From Ascidiella aspersa (Eukaryota), in contig OZ004609.1 of NCBI GenBank assembly GCA_963924565.1, positions 5,828,001 to 5,892,000 of the forward strand: a DNA stretch of 64,000 nucleotides, given 5' to 3'. Positions 26,753 through 37,680 of this stretch are shown piece by piece. The position numbers and the translations under genes were made by a program. A model generated the notes under the pieces. The model did no database searches. It was given only the letters and a program-made list of their open reading frames with translations, and was not told the DNA's origin. Numbering within the stretch: the first letter of the stretch is position 1; every line of letters begins with the position of its first letter.

Positions 26753-28454
26753 CTAGCGATAGAATATCAGAAACGTTGACTCGATTAGGTATTTGTCAAC
26801 GCTGTAGGTTGTGTGGCTTCCATATCCGCTGTAGGACCAACCAGCGAAATCACCGCACATGTTGGCGTGGACGTTGTAGCCAGTCGAGCCAAGGCAGCTG
26901 AACTCGGCATGGTTGTCGACCCCGTTCGCAACTTTGTGTCCTGGACATAAGGCGTACGCCCTGTCTTCAACTGTAATAGCTCGAAACTGAGGAAAAGGAA
27001 AAATTTGTTAATCAACGAAGCAGATTTTAAAAGTAGACTGGTATAAAAAAATACAAAAACGGATAAAATCAACCATGGTAGTACCCGATCAATGATCAGG
27101 ATCAGTATTTTTGTTTTATGGGGCCTGAAAAATTTTCGTAATGATGTATCAAAACTACAGTTTCAGCCTTATCTCACAAAGCGCAAAAAATGTGCGTTTA
27201 GTTGGTTTGATTGGCAAACCTTCAGTTTAAAAACGTACGCTATGCATTCGGCATATAAATATTATTTGCATATTTCTTTAAATAACAGCATTTATTTTTT
27301 TATAATTTAACCACAAAAGTTGCACTTTGTAAAGTTTGTGTTTGCTCCGCGTAACATACTGCAGTATGTTTGGCGTCTTTGGGAACAATATATTGTCTTT
27401 AAACAGACAAAAATGGATAAAGTTTCGCTTGTACATACGTCAAAATTACCTGCATATAACCCGGGGTCATCTTTGACTTTGTGCTAGGCCCGAAGTGCGC
27501 AACATAATTCGAGGCGGTGCCTTCGTCGAATATTATTGGAACAGAAGGCCCGTTTGACTGTTTTTGCCCAGAAACTATGGGGAAATGGTGCTTAAACAGG
27601 TTATAGAGGTTGCCTTGGTAAGTTTGCAGAAATTCGGAATCGGTGCGATAGCGCAGGTAGGCGCTTTTTCGCCAATTCGGAAAGGGCGTCTCGTTGGGAA
27701 CTTGCCATATCATCACGTCTTTGGCGTTGATACTGAAGTACCCGGGGTTCTTGTAATCATCAGCAGTTGCCGATATCACGTTGCCGAACGTGTTTTCGTT
27801 TTCCCAGTTCGGGCTACGGAGCTGATTACCTGAGTTTCCCTGGTCGCTTGACCATCGATCACCGGGCGAGCACCGACCGTTATTATGCGCGTTATTTTCA
27901 TGTACCGAGGCCACCAACGACCAGCTACCCCCGTTGGTCAACATGTCGCAGTAAGTCTGGTATTGGAAGCCGTTCGAATCAGCCAGAGTGTAGATGCCAC
28001 TGGGGAGCACTGAGCCTGCGGCTTCGCGTAACGCTTTGCACGATTCGTTCCGAGCTACAAACACAGAGGACGGAATCAAAATGTTAAACTATAAAGTAGC
28101 GCTAAATACTATTGTAGGTTTAGCAAAATGTTACATAACAATGCAAATATACCATATCTTGATAGCACAAAGTCGTTTAATATATTTTTCAGTCAATTCG
28201 ACATGTGTTGATTCGCAAAAGGTTAAATGTGGACCGCGGTACAACAATTAAAAAATCACCATGAAATAACATTGTTAAGCGTAAGGTACGATGGATGTCA
28301 TGTGTGCACATGCTACAAAATCAATTTGAATAGTTGCTGCTAAAACTTTTATTACAGAAAACCTAATGTAGAACTATACCTTACCTTGAGTAGCTCCTTG
28401 AATGCAACATATTTTTACTATCACTAGCAGGACAATTGCTCCCACTTTGTTCAT
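26753..28454 (-). CDS. ITLN: Intelectin (fibrinogen-like X-type lectin), secreted, 3 exons, 302 aa
   Basis: Exons 28454-28385 (signal peptide MNKVGAIVLLVIVKICCIQGA), 28054-27450 (YCDMLTNGGSWSLVASVHENN...GDRWSS...DDYKNPGY) and 26986-26753 (FRAI...CGDFAG...GYG...FLIFYR*), 909 nt in frame. All are intelectin signature segments. Confidence 0.93.
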
Positions 28455-28510
28455 AATGACGACGTAGAGTATTCTTGTAGCCGAAATGAGTGGGTTGCAC
28501 TTCGTTTGCA

Positions 28511-28518
28511 TTTATATA
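28511..28518 (-). promoter_or_regulatory. Candidate TATA box of the intelectin gene
   Basis: TATATAAA on the minus strand, about 57 nt upstream of the ATG at 28454. Confidence 0.45.
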
Positions 28519-29504
28519 CTGGGTATGATCACGCAACAACAAGTCCAGTTGTGAAACGTTGGATTGTTTTGCGGCCAGGTTCCACGTACTTTTGTCACGT
28601 TCGCCTTCCAGAAATACTTCAGATGTGAACATTCCGAACAAAGTTAATTTGTCTTTTTTCATTACGTCGGTAAATATTAAAACCACATACGCGTTAACAC
28701 AACACAACATAATGTAGAGCATTGTCTAAGCTTTATTATCTTGAGACAATGTTTACATGAATTGTGTGGATAAAAGTTTTCCTTTCTATAGCACTTGAAA
28801 TTCGAACGTGCCACGAAGATATTATTCCTGCTCGTTATTTGCCATATTCCGCGTGAAGAAAATTTGTCATATTAATGTTTGATCCCTGATGCCACGAGTA
28901 AACCTAGCAGAATGTCTACACAACCCGAAAGTCAATTTAACTTTACCGTAAGTGCCTGAATTAAAAGCGTGTCAATATGCCTTTTGTTTTTATCGAATAA
29001 TATATTGAAAAAATTTGCCACTTAGGTTAAGATTCTGTGGTAGTCCCGAGGTATTGCAAATATTTAGTCCCAGTCAAAATGTGTTGATCTACTTATTGTT
29101 TTTTGTGGAGCGCTGACTGTAGGGTGTGATGTCTACGGCAGCGCTAAAAAAAATAAGTGCTCAAAGCAATCTTGAATATCGCTTTCAACGACCGGATTTG
29201 TAAACGTCTGGACCAGGCAGTGACTCTGTCGCTTTTGCCAAACCCGTCAGATCATAATATAAAGTGATTCCGCGCGATTCCAAACAAAACTAGCATATTT
29301 AAGTTACCAAGGCACGAAGCAAAAACATTTTAAACGATGTTGGTGTTCTTTAGTTTGGAGAACACTATAGGAGATTGCGTCTGCACACGTCTTGGCAAAC
29401 CTGATATCTGGATTCCATGCTATTAGGAGGGGCACAAACGTACCATGGGTAATCCTATGATGCAACAGACTTATCATGAAATTCGTTCCCACTACCCTTG
29501 GTTA

Positions 29505-29642
29505 TGTAGGAGCCAGAGCAGTGCACAAGTCAGCTTGTATTTTCGAATGACCGAGCGAATGACCGCTTGGCACTAGCACGATAGAATAGGCGTGTCGCGT
29601 GTAGCATGTCGCGTAACGCACATAATAAACGGATACGCTACA
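29505..29642 (-). repeat. 3' LTR of the Gypsy element
   Basis: 138-bp direct repeat of 31121-31258, 3 mismatches. Confidence 0.93.
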
Positions 29643-31120
29643 AAGTCCCGTTCGGTAACGAGCAGGCACAGTAATAACGCGACCACGTCGAGTTAACCTC
29701 GGTCGAATGGGAACAGAGGGTTGCGGTGGTATACAAGGAATATCGGGACGTTGCGGTAAACATTGGGTAAAAGTGGGGCGAGTATTTTCCATGTTTATTA
29801 AATCAGTGTAAGTCGGTTTAAGTCGGTCAATCGAGACAGTATCTACAAGGCCATTAGCATTAATTTTTAAAAATTTACTGTTCTTTCTATAACGTTAAAC
29901 GGGCCGTCGTAAGGACACTGTAAGGGCGATCTATGACAGCCACGACGCACGAAAACAAATTTACACGATTGGAGTATACGCGGTACACTACTATGCGATT
30001 GTCTGTATCGTGATGTCGCAATGGCGCGAACGTTCTCCATTGATTTCCGGAAGTTGGACAGGAATGTTGTTACCTCCGCTGGGGTTGTAGAGGTGCCGTG
30101 TGACGGTGGTGAGAAAAACTCCCCTGGTAACCGCAGTGTCGTGCCGCACACCAGCTCCGCGGCAGGACAACCAATGTCTTCCTTCGGGGCCGTGCGAATG
30201 CCGAGCATGACTGCAGGAAGTTGATCCACCCTTGTGGCAGGAACAACACTGATCGCAGCACCGAAGTCCACGAGGTACCTTTGTCCATTGGTGCGGTCAT
30301 TAACGTGGAGAAGGCGGCGAGAACAACCAGCGGCACTAGCCGCCATTAGTGGCTGGTTGAGGCGTTTTCCTTGTACTCGCAGGGAGAAACGCACTTTTGT
30401 GCTTTAGGGCCAAATCACCTGTGGTACCAGCACAGTTGTTGAGCGTCGCGCAGGTTTCTTGTTTGCGGCGTATTGCGCTTCAGAATTGCAATTTCTTTTT
30501 GCAGTTGATTGACTTGAGCCAAAATGGGTGACGTGTCTACAGGTCAATCATGTTGTCGGCTTTCAGCGCCAAAGCTGATACTTCCAGATCAAGTGTTGCC
30601 AACACCACTCGCAAATTACCTGGTAATCGTTGAAGAAAAAGTTCGCGAAGCAAATTTTTCGAATCTTCTTCGCCCATAAGATGTTGCATTTCTCGCAACA
30701 TGTCTGATGGCTTGCGATCGCCCAGGTCTTCATGTCGAAGAGGTTTCTGTAAGCGTTGATGCTTGGTCATCGAAACCCTGCTGATGAGTGCGTATTTTAA
30801 CTGCGCGTAAGGATTCGCGTCATCTGGGTTTTTTATAAAGTCCCGCAGAACGGCGGCGATTTCGGGTGACACTGCTGCTACCACATTGTGGTACTTTGTT
30901 CTCGATAGTGTCACGCCTTTCACAGTGAATTGTGCTTCCACTTGTTAAAACCATAGTTCGGCGTCTTGTGGTCATAATGGCGGAATTTTAACAGCAACGG
31001 CTGCGACATTTTCTTCGTCCATCATAGAATTAGGTTTGAAGTGCGTTGAACATAAGCTAGCCTACAGCCTAGCAATGTGTTTTTAACCTTGCACTTACTT
31101 TGCTTGCCGGGTTCATCATT

Positions 31121-31258
31121 TGTAGGAGCCAGAGCAGTGCACACGTCAGCTTGTATTTTCGAATGACCGAGCGAATGACCGCTCGGCACTAGCACGATAG
31201 AATAGGCGTGTCGCGTGTAGCATGTCGCGTAACGCACATAATAAAAGGATACGCTACA
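31121..31258 (-). repeat. 5' LTR of the Gypsy element
   Basis: 138-bp direct repeat of 29505-29642, followed by the TSD GTTA. Confidence 0.93.
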
Positions 31259-32975
31259 GTTAAATTTTTTTGACCAAACTTGAAATGCGTGACAACGATT
31301 TTGTGCACACTTTTACTACTTCTTTTAAGTGTGTCAACCCAAAGGAGGTCATATTGTAAACAGTTTATAACCTTTAGACAACTCTTTACATATTGGCTTA
31401 GTCAACTTCAGTTTCAGGTCAAATACTTGAAATGTTAGCGAGTCAAACAGATGTTTTGGGCCTAGTAGTGCGCACCCTTTTACGTTTTTTTTCTGAACAA
31501 GTGTTTTGCAACATTTCATCAAAAAGTCATCCAATTGATAACGTCAAAAACATGTTGATATTTGTTTACCCAAATTTTTCACTTCATTCGCATTAATACG
31601 AATCTTTTAGAAAGGTTTGCATATTTATATGTGTAAAATAAATGGTGAGTTTCCTATACATTTCGTTTCAAGAAATATCGTCAAACATACCTCCTTATTC
31701 ACTTCAACAGTATTAAAACAACAGATCGTTTAAGAATGGTCATGTAAACTAAAACTCACTGTTTATCACAATGATATATGGCACCTGTTTCATTTCTGAA
31801 TGTGTACTGATGAACGGTGTATGCGTAGCCGTAGTTGAGTTTCTCTCCGGCAACTAACTGACCAGACTTTATTGAAGCAGACGCTTAGACAACAAAATTT
31901 TGGGTATTAGAACAAAATGCACTTAAGGTCGCCTCGCAGGTTTCTCTGGGAGAAAGTGTTAAAGGGTCTGTACAACACATTTTTATTTTATTGACTAATG
32001 AATTTTATTAGCTAGAGCACAAACTTCCAAAAAGGTTTTGGTTATAACAGATCAATGGACTGGGTAACAACAAGTTTGAGTAGGCCTACTACTAATTTAG
32101 AGCAATTTTGAATACTATTTTACTGGATACTTCGTAATGTTAATTGATGTGGAGTTTAGGTTCATTGTATTGCTGCCTTAATTTTTGAAATGTTCATGTT
32201 TAATTACTTCCTTTGTAAAAAGGGCAGGCCATAGACAGTAGAACACCTCAAATTGGGTTTTAAGTTTTGCCCGTTTGTTTGAAGTGGACCCCAAATTTTA
32301 GCAACAAACTTTAACCAACGTTCTACAGCGTCTTACATTTTGTTTAACCACACAAAATTTGGGTAAAATTGGCAGAATACCAAGTTTATTGCAACGGTAG
32401 TTATTCTACTTCAGGACAACGCCCGTAGGCAAAGAAACTTGATTCAACACGAATTTTAAGGCGATATGGTTTTAAAGTTGGCAAATACTTTATTCAACTG
32501 TTAAGAACGGGTATTTCTTCTAGCAATAAATACCGATCTTTGAAGTCAGGAAGCTTTTAGGCTTGGTCATTTGCCAAAGGAAACTAGGCGTTTTAATTCG
32601 TGCGTTCAATTCAATGTTTCTTAAAGCCACCGGGTTTTCCAAAACGGAACTTCTTGTTTGGATACATCTTTACTATGCCACATTTTAACGTAACGTTGTT
32701 TCCTAATATTTGGCTGGCCCTAATGCTTTCTTTTTTCCCCGCGTTGCTGTAACAGTATAAACTATAATATATGGGACATTATTCAGTTCAGTTTGTTAAT
32801 TGCACATCAGTTTATATAGCGGCGAATACAGCTTTAAGTTGTCGTATACTTTAAACGCTGCGAAAGAATGGACACTATTGTACTGTATGTCACATTGCGG
32901 ATTAGTAAACTAATATATTTTAGCCAAAAGCGTCTAAACTAACCGGCATATTAAAGAACACTATAACAGTTAGAT

Positions 32976-33149
32976 ATATAAGCTATTGCTGCCAGGCATA
33001 ATATCAGGTTTGTAGAGCTCTTCTGGCAAATGTAGTTTTTATTCCGACGTTTCGACGTCCTATACAGGTCGTCTTCATCAGGGTAAATAACACTGAATGT
33101 CGAAACGTCGGAATAAAAATTACATTTGCCAGAAGAGCTCTACAAACCT
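32976..33149. mobile_element. Foldback element of Penelope-like origin with a minimal hammerhead ribozyme motif
   Basis: About 50-bp inverted repeats (33006-33056 / 33099-33149); 16-bp flanking direct repeat ACTATAACAGTTAGAT at 32960 and 33150. Confidence 0.75.
33040..33090 (-). ncRNA. Minimal type I hammerhead ribozyme motif
   Basis: Minus strand reads CC-CTGATGA-AGACGACCTGTATAGGACGTC-GAAA-CG-TC-GG: conserved core, paired stem II and palindromic ACGT stem III. Confidence 0.7.
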
Positions 33150-34348
33150 ACTATAACAGTTAGATTTACCACAAGTATTCGTTTTGATAATCTTTGTACA
33201 AACGTAAGTGCACAATGCACGGATCTGTAATCTAGCTTGCCAATGAATTGTAAAGCAAAACAGGCGAGTGGATCGACATCATCTTCATTAAGACTCGAAA
33301 CGAGCTTGTATCATCTTTCAGTTAATGTGACGAAGTTTACTGTTTTTTTTTTTTACAAAGACTGTGAAATTTTGTCGCATATCTTTCAATTTTAAAACTT
33401 TTATGAGACCAAGAACTCAGTATCTGTCAGCTTCACATTGTTTTCTGTTGGAATTAAATTTATCAACCAACAAAATTCATAAATGCTGTTTACTTTCGGC
33501 AAGTGGCCTTAATCATGGATAAGTGATGAGTAAGCATCATATAATATGTGTTAAAATTGTTTGGCTGTAATTTAGTGGTAAAATGTTAAACAACTGTATA
33601 CGTCTACTGACAGTTTTTTATCGTGTCTATTTTTTTGGATAGATTTGAAATCTAGTATTTCAAATCGGCCATAATTCGTTAGCCTTTCGCATTTAAAATT
33701 TGAATAATGATCGAATATTTCTTACGAAAATCCAGAGGCGAATGTAAGCCGGAATTAGTCAGAAGGGTTCACAATGGAGTTTCACAAAAAGTTTATTTTC
33801 CTTTTCTAAATTGCGTTAGTTCATTAAACAATTAATTAACCGAAATTGTGTTTGTATTTTTGTTAACGTTCTTAATCTATAAGAACGATACTTTTTTATT
33901 ATGACCGTCATGAAATGCATTTGTATTATGTCTGATACGAAATGCTTATTTATTTAGTAGATTCTGCAAAAAAGAAACGTCAATTTTAATAATATAATTT
34001 TTGAAGGTTGTCAGTTTTTGTAGACACATTTTTTTATCTGCTGTATTATTGGCCAGCTAGACACGGTAGGCCACATAAGTACAAGGAATACAAAAACGTA
34101 TACAGTTATTTAAAATTTAAAACTCGAAAATAGACAAATAATTTCAACAGATATGCTGTTTACAGATTATAAGTGAATTTGTAATTAGCGACAACAGTGA
34201 TTATTGCCAGTTTTTTGAGCGCATAAATCAACATCTTTTCGGAAAACGCTTTCTGCTCGTTAATCCTCTGATATTATAAAACCGACATTGGACAGCGATC
34301 TGATGTTTTCCATGTTACATTTAATGACGTGCTTGCGTGGGTTATACA

Positions 34349-34768
34349 AGTGCTCCGCAACTTCTTTTTACTTGCGGCACACCAATTAGCTAAAACAATT
34401 CGGCGGCACACCCACGAAATATATGTTGATCGATGATAGACAAAATCAGTAAATATCCTAGGCAGCCAAGAGAAAAAGGAGCAGTTTATTATGAAACGCT
34501 CTGAAGGCGCACAAATTTAACGTATTACATATATACTTTAATCTTTCGATTTTGCAGTTTTACAGACTTTTTAAAATTTCTAATGTCAGTCAAAGAAAAT
34601 TGTACTCCCTTGCAAGAGCGGTCAGAGAACAGATGGTTTTAACTTGGACAGTTTAACCTGACATTGCTGCTTTGTATTTTTAGCATCAGTTTTTTTGCAA
34701 AACAAATCCCAAGACTAATTATACAATTACAAATGTCAATAATCGCGGCACACCGGTCGCGGAGCACT
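34349..34768. mobile_element. hAT-like MITE, same family as 10778-11499
   Basis: Inverted termini AGTGCTCCGC ... GCGGAGCACT; internal homology to the 10.8-kb copy. Confidence 0.7.
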
Positions 34769-35094
34769 TGACTATCGAATTGTGATTTTTTAGATTGTTA
34801 AAAATAATAAAATACTCGACAGATAAAACTGCCTGGTGACATTAAATTTATCCGGCCAGTCTGGTACAACTATGTATTGGTCAGTAAGTACAGGTAAACA
34901 TAAATTTCCTGGAATTGTTACCTGTATAATTTTTAATTTCTGTTCCATGCACAGTCATACTATACAAATTTTTGCTTCACATAATTGCTTGTATCTTGAA
35001 ATAATTTATATCGATAGATAGATTTTTCTAATATCGTTTTTTAAATTTATTATTAGGCACAACAGTTATTTTTAACACGCGCGTTTGAACCGAA

Positions 35095-35802
35095 ATGACT
35101 TTGCCAGCAAAAATTATGAAGAAAGTTCTTCAAAACAGCAATGGTGCAGAAGTTTTACCTGGCCTGGTTTGTAGAGTTTTGGACGAAACGCATTCGCCGC
35201 AAGTTCACAAAATGCTTGCAAGTGATTACGCCAACAATCCGATCCAAGAGATCTTTAAGTTAAACGGGAAAAGAGTAGACTCTGATGCAGTCGAAAAATA
35301 TCTGAAAAGCCAAGCTTCTCTTGGAATTTTCTCGCAACAGACTGATCGCCTTGCGGCCTTGCTGATAAATTCTGTACACAGCAAGGCGCATGGGGGCGAC
35401 CCGCTGCACGAAATCACACCAGCACTCAGTGAACCGTTAGCCGTGCAACTTCGATTTATAAATGAGCTGGTTGGCGATGTTTTTTGCGACTTAAACACCG
35501 ATTGCTACTTGCGCGGTAGATACGCCTGCGCAAGTGCTAAGCACCGCTTAAATGGATTGAATGGCATTTTAACTCAGATCGCCTTCTATCTTGCCAAAGC
35601 AAAAGGATGTGAATATGGTGTGTCCTTCGTCGGCTCACTTTACATACAAAAGGTTCTAAAATCGGAAGGCTACAGTGTTCTGAGAGAGATAAGCTATGCT
35701 GACTACATTGACCCTCAAACCGGATTGAAACCTGACTGGAAGCTATCTCCAATTCATAAAACGGCTCAATTGGTATACAAGAAGACACCAGCCAGCATCT
35801 GA
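35095..35802 (+). CDS. GNAT-fold N-acetyltransferase, insect-type arylalkylamine N-acetyltransferase-like, single coding exon, 235 aa
   Basis: Uninterrupted ORF. The C-terminal half (ACASAKHRLNGLNGIL...AKAKGCEY...SLYIQKVLKSEGYSVLREISYADYID...HKTAQLVYKK) follows the AANAT-like GNAT motif A/B pattern. Candidate 5'UTR intron at 34884-35056. Confidence 0.75.
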   Translation: MTLPAKIMKKVLQNSNGAEVLPGLVCRVLDETHSPQVHKMLASDYANNPIQEIFKLNGKRVDSDAVEKYLKSQASLGIFSQQTDRLAALLINSVHSKAHGGDPLHEITPALSEPLAVQLRFINELVGDVFCDLNTDCYLRGRYACASAKHRLNGLNGILTQIAFYLAKAKGCEYGVSFVGSLYIQKVLKSEGYSVLREISYADYIDPQTGLKPDWKLSPIHKTAQLVYKKTPASI

Positions 35803-36825
35803 ATGCGGGACAAACTAAAGACATATATCGAAATCAGAAACACAAGGGTCTTTTGTTCAATGTTATTTACGTTATTCCCTCTATTTTTGGGTGTCGTTGC
35901 AATCAATTGTGAGCTCACCGTTATAAATATTTCCAACACATGACTTTAATTGGACTTAAGTCTTTGAGGCAATCCACTTGACTTAGACTTTTATGTTTTT
36001 AAATAATCTTTGGTTAAATTTGGTTGGTGTTTTTCCCAATATCTGCTTGTCAAACACTTTGCTCGATTAATATATCGTTTTTAGGATTTTCTAACTTGAC
36101 TTTCGTGAAAATATAATGATTCATACTGGAACGTGACTTGAAGTATGCAATTTCAGACTGGAAACGTGACAAAGAAGTAAAATAGTTTCGGACTGGAACG
36201 TGACAAGAAGTAATCAATTTATTAAAGAAAATAATTTAATTAAAAATAAAACGGCTTTGCACTGAACGTTTTTTGACTCCATTTCACTTTCACATTTTTA
36301 GACCAAAATCAGCAAATTTATAAAGTCTATTTTTACTGTGACGTCAATTTATGACGTCATTTTTGATTTTTTGCCTACACTGATTTTCGCGAGGTAAAAT
36401 AAAGTTTTAGGAGTCCGCCGTAAAAAAGGTTTAAGTCCCCCTGATCTATTTTGTTAAAAGCAGGACAAATAAGTACACGTAGTTGTTGGGCGCGTTGTAC
36501 GTGTTAAAAAGACCGATAGGGAGGTTCAAATGTACTTCCTAAGCCTAAATGATAATTTTTACCTAATCGCCCCTATCGTTGAACATTTTGTTTCTTTGAG
36601 CATTTTGTTTGAGGCCTTTGTTGTGAAGGGTAGCTTTTTCTATAAAACAAACAACCCTTTATATCGGGTTGTTGCACTGGACTGAACGTTTTCTTATAAG
36701 GAGCATATTCGAAAGAAGAATACAAATGCGAGGTCACACCATGCCCTACAGAACAAGCTCGCTAACCGAAATAGGGTGATAATGCAGAATAACTGCTTTA
36801 GCACTGTGCTACTCAACAAAATCTC

Positions 36826-37680
36826 AGGCTTGGTGCTACTTGCAACTGGGCAAGTTTAAAGCGGCGGTGCAAGTTCTGGACAGCATTTGGTGCAAGTGGA
36901 AAAGCAACCAGCCCTTCATCTACTTTTGCCTGGACGCCTCGGAAACCTGTTACTTCGAGATGCAGCATTACGACGTCGCCCTCAAGCGGAAAGAAAAGTG
37001 CCTTGGCTTCTGCCGCAAGATGGCGGACAACGAAATGCGCGACGCCAACGTTGCCTCGCAGAGCTTGGATTTAGGAAAATATTACTTGAAGCTTGGAGAC
37101 TAAGAAAAGGCCGAACATTATTTCGCTGCCGCTCTTTCAATACTCAACAAGACAACGGAAATTAACAGCATCGAAACGGCCGAGTGCTTCGCTTGTTAGC
37201 AGGTGGAAGTCGCGAAGAAAAACGTCCACGAATCAAGCACGGTTGAAATGACTTTGTCAGAGGAGGACTTTATCTACATCAGGGAGCGCCACCACAAATC
37301 GCGATCAGTCCCACGTCGCTTGCTGCCGAGACTGCCGCCAAATGTTACGATATAAAGGTGCTCTTCCTCAAAGAGATGGGTACGTTTACCGAGGCTGCAG
37401 GGTTGTTCGAATCAGAGCTTCAGGCTTACCAGGTGCTGGTTGGGAAGCCGAGCAGCCAAGTTGAGCAGAAAATCATGGAATACATGGCGGACCTGTCGCT
37501 GTGCTACGATAAATCCGGACAGCACGAGGATTGCATGCGAGTCTCGCACAAGGCCGAGGAATATTACAGTAATCGCGGCATCCCGGATTCCGGCTACCGC
37601 CAAATGGTATGCATCTCGCTGATGCGGTTAAAAAGATACAAAGAGGCACTGCGTTATTGCCAAGAAGATTTGGAAGCTCG
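36826..37680 (+). pseudogene. 5'-truncated pseudocopy of the NTase-TPR gene, part 1 (TPR region)
   Basis: Aligns to about 47510-48428 of the intact gene. In-frame TAA at 37101, internal deletion and frameshift. Confidence 0.9.

Larger units (their letters stand above)
29505..31258 (-). mobile_element. Non-autonomous, internally deleted Ty3/Gypsy LTR retrotransposon (1754 bp)
   Basis: Two 138-bp TG...CA LTRs with a GTTA TSD on both sides. Gag remnant (W..VEAQF...DLGDRKPS..LREM), then a protease start (YLVDFGAAISVVP) fused directly to the integrase C-terminus (LGIRTAPKEDIGCPAAELV...PYDGPF). No RT or RNase H. Confidence 0.93.

Noticed and set aside
28381-28722. 113-aa ORF as intelectin exon 1
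   Set aside because: Its phase does not fit the next exon; the frame from ATG 28454 gives a signal peptide and the correct phase.
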